A stretch of 64,000 bases of DNA, from contig NIVC01000019.1 of NCBI GenBank assembly GCA_002269645.1, positions 620,001 through 684,000 on the forward strand. Reading direction: 5' to 3'. The stretch is from Macrostomum lignano. Taxonomy: Eukaryota. The translations under genes and the position numbers were made by a program. The notes beneath the pieces were generated by a model. It was not told where the DNA came from. It searched no databases and worked only from the letters and a program-made list of their open reading frames with translations. Shown here piece after piece: positions 48,108-64,000 of this stretch (its first letter is position 1; each line of letters starts with the position of its first letter).

Positions 48108-48547
48108 CAGGGGCGCCAGCACCAGGGGCGCCAGCACCAAGGGCGCCAGCACCAGGGGCGCCAGCACCAGGGGCGCCAGCACCAGGGGCGCCAGCACCAG
48201 GGGCGCCAGCACCAGGGGCGCCAGCACCAGGGGCGCCAGCACCAGGGGCGCCAGCACCAGGGGCGCCAGCACCAGGGCGCCAGCACCAGGGGCGCCAGCA
48301 CCAGGGGCGCCAGCACCAGGGGCGCCAGCACCAGGGGCGCCAGCACCAGGGGCGCCAGCACCAGGGGCGCCAGCACCAGGGGCGCCAGCACCAGGGGCGC
48401 CAGCACCAGGGGCGCCAGCACCAGGGGCGCCAGCACCAGGGGCGCCAGCACCAGGGGCGCCAGCACCAGGGGCGCCAGCACCAGGGGCGCCAGCACAAGG
48501 GGCGCCAGCACCAGGGGCGCCAGCACCAGAGGCGCCAGCACCAGGGG
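48108..48547. repeat. 15-bp GC-rich minisatellite
   Basis: CAGGGGCGCCAGCAC tandem copies. Confidence 0.96.
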
Positions 48548-48804
48548 CTCCAAAGCTACTTCAGGGGGCGCCATGTACTTTTGCTGGCCGCGGACTCGAA
48601 TCCGGGAATCTTCATGCGAGAGTCGGAGGCGTTACCGCTCCACCACTTCGAGCTAGCTAATCAATGCAGAACCTTATTCTTTTAGTTTTCATAAACCATA
48701 GAGTGTGTTAACCTTAGCTTTTCCAATTCAATTGTAATATTTTCGCTAAACTAAGCAAGCACCAAGGGCAGTGCTTGAGAATTTTAATGCCACGAAGACG
48801 GACA

Positions 48805-49397
48805 GGGGCGACAGACAGACAGACAAACAGGGCAGACAGACAGGGGCAGACAGACAGGGGCAGACAGACAGGGGCAGACAGACAGGGGCAGACAGACAGG
48901 GGTAGACAGACAGGGGCAGACAGACAGGGGCAGACAGACAGGGGCAGACAGACAGGGGTAGACAGACAGGGGCAGACAGACAGGGGCAGACAGACAGGGG
49001 CAGACAGACAGGGGCAGACAGACAGGGGCAGACAGACAGGGGCAGACAGACAGGGGCAGACAGACAGGGGCAGACAGGCAGGGGCAGACAGGCAGGGGCA
49101 GACAGGCAGGGGCAGACAGGCAGGGGTAGACAGACAGGGGCAGACAGACAGGGGCAGACAGACAGGGGCAGACAGGCAGGGGCAGACAGACAGGGGCAGA
49201 CAGGCAGGGGCAGATAGGCAGGGGCAGACAGACAGGGGCAGACAGACAGGGGCAGACAGGCAGGGGCAGATAGGCAGGGGCAGACAGGCAGGGGCAGACA
49301 GACAGGGGCAGACAGGCAGGGGCAGATAGGCAGGGGCAGACAGGCAGGGGCAGACAGACAGGGGCAGACAGACAGGGGCAGACAGACAGGGGCAGAC
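48805..49397. repeat. 14-bp minisatellite
   Basis: GGGGCAGACAGACA tandem copies. Confidence 0.95.
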
Positions 49398-50156
49398 ATG
49401 TAAATACAGATGCCCACCGCTCCGAGAGGCAGGTAGCCCACGCGGGAGCAGCGAGGCGGCCTGGTGTCTGATGGCCGCTGGAGGGGGGGGGGTTGGCAGG
49501 TCGGCGGAGGGCGGATCCGGCCCTGCCCAGCAGCCGGGTGGATGGCAGGCGGAGGCTGGGGGGAGTTGATGGCGAGCGCACGCAAGGCGAGTCCAGCCGC
49601 CTCCTCCCTAAAAAAGGGGAAGCCCCGAAAAATGTCTGCATTCACTGCACTCTTCACTCTTCCACGCGGCCTGGGCGGGGACACTTCCCCTTCTCCTTCT
49701 TCTCGCCTCTCGCTCTCTTTCTACCTCTTTTCCTTCTCTTCTTTTTAATATCCCACACGCCCGCACAGCCAGTCCATTGCCCCCCCTGCCCTCTGCTGCA
49801 TTGGCGAGAGCCGGGCAAGAGCGGAGCAGAAGAAACGACTGGAGGCCAGAGTGGAGGAGGAGAGCCCGCGGGGGAGCTGCCAGCCGCAGCCACGGCAGGG
49901 AGAGTGGAAATCAGCGCATCGAACCCGCCTTCACTTCGTCCCCCCAACTCTCAGCTCTCTTATTTAGCGATCGCAGCAACACCCTCCGCCACCAACCCCG
50001 CCACCAGGCATCCCAGCGACAGGGAGGGACCGGACACGCCAAGATTCGATTCAGTGCGCACTCAGCAGTAGCCGCGCAGGCCTGAAGATCAAGAAGCCTG
50101 CCTAGGGAGAACTTGTTCGCCGCTTTTTCACCGAATCCCACTCGAACTCCTCCAAG

Positions 50157-51287
50157 ATGATGCTCCAGGCAGCCAGTCGTCAGCAGTCGGGCTCGTTGCA
50201 GCATCACCAGCACCAGCACTACGGGGGCTCCGGCTCCAGGCATCATCAGCAGCAACAGCTGCAGCCGCCTCACCGCCACCAACGGCTGCCGCAGCTGCAG
50301 CCGGAGGCTCCGGGTGCGAAGTCGCCAGCGATCTCCATGGAGGCGGCCAGCCAGAGCTCCGGACGCCTGGCCAGCGCCCTGCTGTTCCTGGCAGTTCTCG
50401 TCCTCATGGTCGACGCCTCCCGAATCATCCTGTACAGCTGGTACACCGACGGCAGCTACCTGAAGTACCTGTACGGAGCCGATTCCGACATCCGCTGGAC
50501 GAAATGCGACCCGGACGCTGAGGCGGCGGCGGCTGGGTCGACCGATTTCGGTTGGACCACCCCGGCGCCTGGAGGCGGCGGCTTCGCCATCACCGCAATC
50601 TCTCTGAAGCAGACGTGGCAGAAGCGCCAGAAGCAGCGGCAGCAGCCGGAGAACCTCGACCAGTTCAAGGCCAGCCTTGTCGACGGCCTGCTGGTGGCCG
50701 GCACTCTCGCCAACTCGGCGGTCGCCTCGGCGGATTCGCCGGCAGCCCAACGAAGGATCCGCCGGCTGGCGAAGCCGCTGGTGCGGGCGCTGTTCCACGC
50801 CAGCACCGTGGCCTGCCTGTTCCTCCTGGCCGTGGCCATCTTCCCGGCGGCGCTGCGCTCCCACCGAGGCGGCTGCCTGCTGACCTGCAGCCTGCTGTTC
50901 AGCCTGGCCACCCTGCTGGCGGCCGGGGCTGCCATCGCCGCCTCCCTGCTGACGCTGTTCTTCTTCAGCGCCAGCGAGCTGCAGCCGCGGGTCCGGCCGC
51001 TGTACAGCTTTGTGCCCCAGTGCGACGCCCTCCGGCGGGCCTTCCTGGGCGCCGAGTGCTTCAGCCTGATCGTGGTGTGCTCGGCCGTGTGCATCCTGCT
51101 CCGCCTGAAGGTGTTCTTCTGCCGCGTCCTGTGCAGCCGCTGCTGCCCACCTGGGGAAGGCGACGGGGACGGCGGAGGCAACGGCGACATAGTCGGCGGC
51201 TACAGGAACGACGAGCGGGAGTTCGCCATGGCAAGGCGGTCTCTGGGCGGCGGCTACGCCTACGATGATGAGGAATTCTTGGCTTGA
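50157..51287 (+). CDS. Intronless four-transmembrane protein (376 aa), large first loop, Cys-rich post-TM4 segment
   Basis: Four hydrophobic segments (ASALLFLAVLVLMV; ALFHASTVACLFLLAVAIF; CLLTCSLLFSLATLLAAGAAIAASLLTLFFF; FSLIVVCSAVCILL), followed by FFCRVLCSRCC. An AG lies immediately before the ATG. Confidence 0.78.
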   Translation: MMLQAASRQQSGSLQHHQHQHYGGSGSRHHQQQQLQPPHRHQRLPQLQPEAPGAKSPAISMEAASQSSGRLASALLFLAVLVLMVDASRIILYSWYTDGSYLKYLYGADSDIRWTKCDPDAEAAAAGSTDFGWTTPAPGGGGFAITAISLKQTWQKRQKQRQQPENLDQFKASLVDGLLVAGTLANSAVASADSPAAQRRIRRLAKPLVRALFHASTVACLFLLAVAIFPAALRSHRGGCLLTCSLLFSLATLLAAGAAIAASLLTLFFFSASELQPRVRPLYSFVPQCDALRRAFLGAECFSLIVVCSAVCILLRLKVFFCRVLCSRCCPPGEGDGDGGGNGDIVGGYRNDEREFAMARRSLGGGYAYDDEEFLA

Positions 51288-52384
51288 GCAATTGTGCACA
51301 AGCATCAGGCCCACTCTCACTCACTGAATCACTCTAATGAGCACCCATGAAGCTTGTAAAATACACCGAGATCAGCTTGAACTTTAATTGCTCTGCTTTA
51401 TCAGTGTCATAAAAGCTTGTGGGGTTGTAAAACTATTGCAGTGTTGGCCCGGAGCCAGCAGAGAGTCTGGTCGTAAAAACTTCGACATAATTATGGAATG
51501 GGGAATGGATAGCCATGCGTTCTCTGAATAATTGATGCATCGACGCGCATGCATCTAACCGAATTTCGAGGAATTCGCGGGTACGGATGGAGACCAATGT
51601 TTTAAGAACTTGTGCGATTCACAGCCGGGAGTGTACATGCCTGCGATTAGAAAGTCAGGGCCGCTGTAGACCCTGTGTGAGCGTGTGCAATGTGTATGTA
51701 ATGCTCATGTACATGAACCAGTGAGGTATGCGACCTGCTCTCGACTGTCTGGAACAAGTCCCGATGTCTGGAGACGCGGTCAAGCAACAAATCTCATCCT
51801 TGATTTGGATTCCTACCTCCCCAAATCGAATTCGCAACGAATTTGCACAGAAATTGGTCCAGATTGGCTTGCGAAATCTGTGAGCCAAACCATGGGGACT
51901 TCGAGGCCAATTTGGGGAATTCAGAGCGCGGCGGCCACTTCAACTCGGCCAGCTGAATGGGAACTAGGCGAACTGCACGCTGAGCTGTTTGTCTCGCCTA
52001 TTAGAATTGAGCACACCAAATGAGAGGCTGCTCATAAGATGAAGAGGGCGGAGTCTGAAATGGAGAGTGGAAGAGAAGGCAGAGATCTGCGCAAAGAGAA
52101 AAGCTCGAATTTGGCTGATGCGGGACGGTTTTTCTCTAAATGAGTTTTTGCCTCTGGCCGGTTGCGGGGCCTCCGGACTGCTCAGAAATTTGCTCAGCAA
52201 ATCGGGTGCCCCCCACCCCTCAGCTTCCGCGTCCAGCCTCCCGGGTCTTCTGATCTCCCTATTTGGGCTAAAAGTCCCGATTTTTGTGGGATAGCGTTTA
52301 AGGATGTTGTCAGGGGAAGGAATATAATGGGGATGGGAGGGGAGAGGACAGGAGGAGAGGGAGATATAGAGAAGATAGGTTAGA

Positions 52385-52965
52385 CAGGGATGGAAAAGTA
52401 GATAAGAGAGGGTAGGCAGAGATGGAGTAGTAGAAAAGAGAAGATAGACAAGGGGTGAAGAAGTAGATAAGAGGGTAGGCAGAGATAGAGAAGTAGATAA
52501 GAGGGTAGGCAGAGATAGAGAAGTAGATAAGAGAGGGTAGGCAGAGATAGAGAAGTAGATAAGAGAGGGTAGACAGGGGTGGAGAAGTAGATAATAGGGT
52601 AGGCAGAGATGGAAAAGTAGATAAGAGAGAGTAGGCAGAGATGGAAAAGTAGATAAGAGAGAGTAGGCAGAGATGGAAAAGTAGATAAGAGAGAGTAGGC
52701 AGAGATGGAAAAGTAGATAAGAGGGTAGGCAGAGATGGAAAAGTAGATAAGAGGGTAGGCAGAGATGGATAAGTAGATAAGAGAGAGTAGGCAGAGATGG
52801 AAAAGTAGATAAGAGAGAGTAGGCAGAGATGGAAAAGTAGATAAGAGAGAGTAGGCAGAGATGGAAAAGTAGATAAGAGAGAGTAGGCAGAGATGGAAAA
52901 GTAGATAAGAGAGAGTAGGCAGAGATGGAAAAGTAGATAAGAGAGAGTAGGCAGAGATGGAGAAG
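52385..52965. repeat. 32-bp purine-rich minisatellite
   Basis: GTAGGCAGAGATGGAAAAGTAGATAAGAGAGA tandem copies. Confidence 0.93.
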
Positions 52966-53569
52966 CAGCTAAGAAGTTCTCCCAAGCCTTGCTTCGAGCT
53001 ACAATTTATCCCTAGCCTGATCCCAACTCCCAGATTTCCAGCCACTCGCAACTCATGACAGTCAGCTCGTTAAGGAACCTGTTTAAGGAACCTAACGAGA
53101 GCCGAGGCACTACTGCCGGTCGCTCTTGGAGAGGTCAGCCAGCGCAAGGTCAAACTGTCCTATGAATTTGTGAAAGCTACATCCCAGCATTTAGTAAAAT
53201 CCCCGAAACTAATATGGAACACTATATTGAAGTCTGATGCCACTAGAGAATTCCGAAGTTTAGTATAAACATACAGCTATCTAGTAGCTATCTAGCTTTT
53301 GTCTGACCCATCTGTGCGACACTGGAGGCAATAAATTATGGGATCGAAAAACAGGATTTTTATAGCCAGAAAGTTTCCAATAATGGAAGTTGAACAGTTG
53401 CACTTTTGGAGTCTGAAGGAATTCGTTATAAAACGAACACTAACCAACGTGTAGTATGGGTCTTGGCTGGAACTACTGAACTGGAATGTATTAGATATAG
53501 CCGTTTGATCTGAGGATGCGGCAGTTTGATCTGAGGATGCGGCAGTTTGATTTGTGGATGCGGCAGTTT

Positions 53570-53795
53570 GATCTCAGTTGGAGAATGTGTCAGTTAAATA
53601 ATGTGTCAGTGGAATGATGTATCAGTTGGATGATGTGTCAGTTGGCGAATGTGTCAGTTGGAGAATGTGTCAGCTGGAGAATGTGTCAGTTGAAAAATGT
53701 GTCAGTTGGAGAAAGTGTCAGTTGGATAATGTGTCAGTTGGAGAAAGTGTCAGTTGGATAATGTGTCATTTGGATAATTTGTCACTTGGAGAATG
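53570..53795. repeat. 16-bp degenerate minisatellite
   Basis: GTGTCAGTTGGAGAAT-type copies. Confidence 0.85.
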
Positions 53796-54271
53796 TAAAA
53801 CTTCCCTGTAAAAGTGACAAAGGAAATTCAAAGAAACAATAAAAATTTATATTCGCCAATGACACAACAATGTAATTTTTCAAACGAATGCAGTTGCTGA
53901 CCGTGTGTTCAATGTGCTCATCTGATCCAAAGAAATGTATTTTCTAATTCGGCCTACTAACAGTAGACTTGTCGGTTTTGATGATTAAAATATCACGGAG
54001 GTAGCGAAATAGATGATGGATTTAACAATTTCTGCATCAGATCGTTGGATATTTTTGCGAAAGCAATGGTACAACATCACAAGCAAGAATGAATACGGAG
54101 TATTAGCTAAGGTAGGGAGGATCTAATTAGGGCAAAGTACAATTCGTGCTATTGATAGAAAATTAAGCATTCAAATTTCATTGCTATGTAATCATTGATT
54201 GGCAGGAAATCTAATTTATTTCAGAAATACAAATGTGAGGGTTCAGCTCAGCTGCGGACATAGATAAATGG

Positions 54272-54273
54272 TT

Positions 54274-54344
<71 letters not shown>

Positions 54345-54370
54345 TAATCAATCAGTCAATCAATCAATCG

Positions 54371-54408
<38 letters not shown>

Positions 54409-54431
54409 TAATAAATCAATTAATCAATCAG

Positions 54432-54466
<35 letters not shown>

Positions 54467-54478
54467 ATCGATCGATCG

Positions 54479-54560
<82 letters not shown>

Positions 54561-54595
54561 TAATCAATCAATTAATAAATCAATTAATCAATCAG

Positions 54596-54636
<41 letters not shown>

Positions 54637-54724
54637 TAATAAATCAATTAATCAATCAGTCAATCAATCAATCAATAAATCAATCAATCGATCGATCGAT
54701 CGATCGATCAATCAATCAATAAAT

Positions 54725-54771
<47 letters not shown>

Positions 54772-54787
54772 CCAATCAAACAATCAA
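54272..54787. repeat. (ATCA)n microsatellite with GATC/TAAA interruptions
   Basis: Direct observation. Confidence 0.95.
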
Positions 54788-54803
54788 TCCTAGAGTAAAT
54801 TGA

Positions 54804-63540
<8,737 letters not shown>

Positions 63541-63561
63541 CTGTTGGGGGGTTGGTCCACA

Positions 63562-63958
63562 CAGTCTGTCTTAGTGTCTGGCATAGTGTCTGGAATAGTG
63601 TCTAGAATAGTGTCTGTCTTAGTGTCTGGCATATTGTCTGGCATAGTGTCTGGCATAGTGTCTGTCTTAGTGTCTGGCATAGTGTCTGGCATAGTGTCTG
63701 GCATAGTGTCTGTCTTAGTGTCTGGCATAGTGTCTGGCATAGTGTCTGGCATAGTGTCTGGAATAGTGTCTGGAATAGTGTCTGGCATAGTGTCTGTCTT
63801 AGTGTCTGGCATAGTGTCTGGCATAGTGTCTGGCATAGTGTCTGGCATAGTGTCTGGAATAGTGTCTGGCATAGTGTCTGGAATAGTGTCTGGCATAGTG
63901 TCTGTCTTAGTGTCTGGCATAGTGTCTGGCATAGTGTCTGGCATAGTGTCTGGAATAG

Positions 63959-63999
<41 letters not shown>

Positions 64000-64000
64000 G
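63562..64000. repeat. 12-bp minisatellite grading into (TGTC)n
   Basis: TAGTGTCTGGCA tandem copies. Confidence 0.94.

Overview
Eukaryotic, intron-containing animal DNA. GC-rich poly-Ala/Gln exons and introns packed with minisatellites suggest a Macrostomum-type flatworm; this is an inference from composition only. I reconstructed spliced models by hand, with GT-AG boundaries and consistent phases. Genes: an RNF145/TRC8-family RING-H2 E3 ligase (-), head-to-head with a DNAJA3/Tid1 co-chaperone (+); an intronless N-acylated globin (-); a C2H2 + polyproline + BED-like finger gene (+); a class-I Rab11-FIP-like gene with an unexpected Sec5/EXOC2-type IPT domain (+); a G-protein gamma subunit (-); two orphan ORFs (+), one of them 4-TM; and the 3' part of an Ig-EGF-TM neuregulin-like gene (-). 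Mobile DNA: a dead DD34D mariner with a probable excision footprint nearby, a TIR/TSD-bounded MITE, and a hAT-Charlie-like shell. Most long ORFs in the supplied track are artefacts of about 40 tandem arrays. Top signals: (1) near-total CpG deserts confined to the 5' introns of three genes, with CpG->TpG/CpA decay visible in a resident MITE; (2) the C2-IPT-FIP-RBD architecture; (3) nearly every larger intron carries its own private minisatellite, some built from splice-site-like sequence. No database searches were possible, so all homology calls come from motif recognition and recalled sequences.
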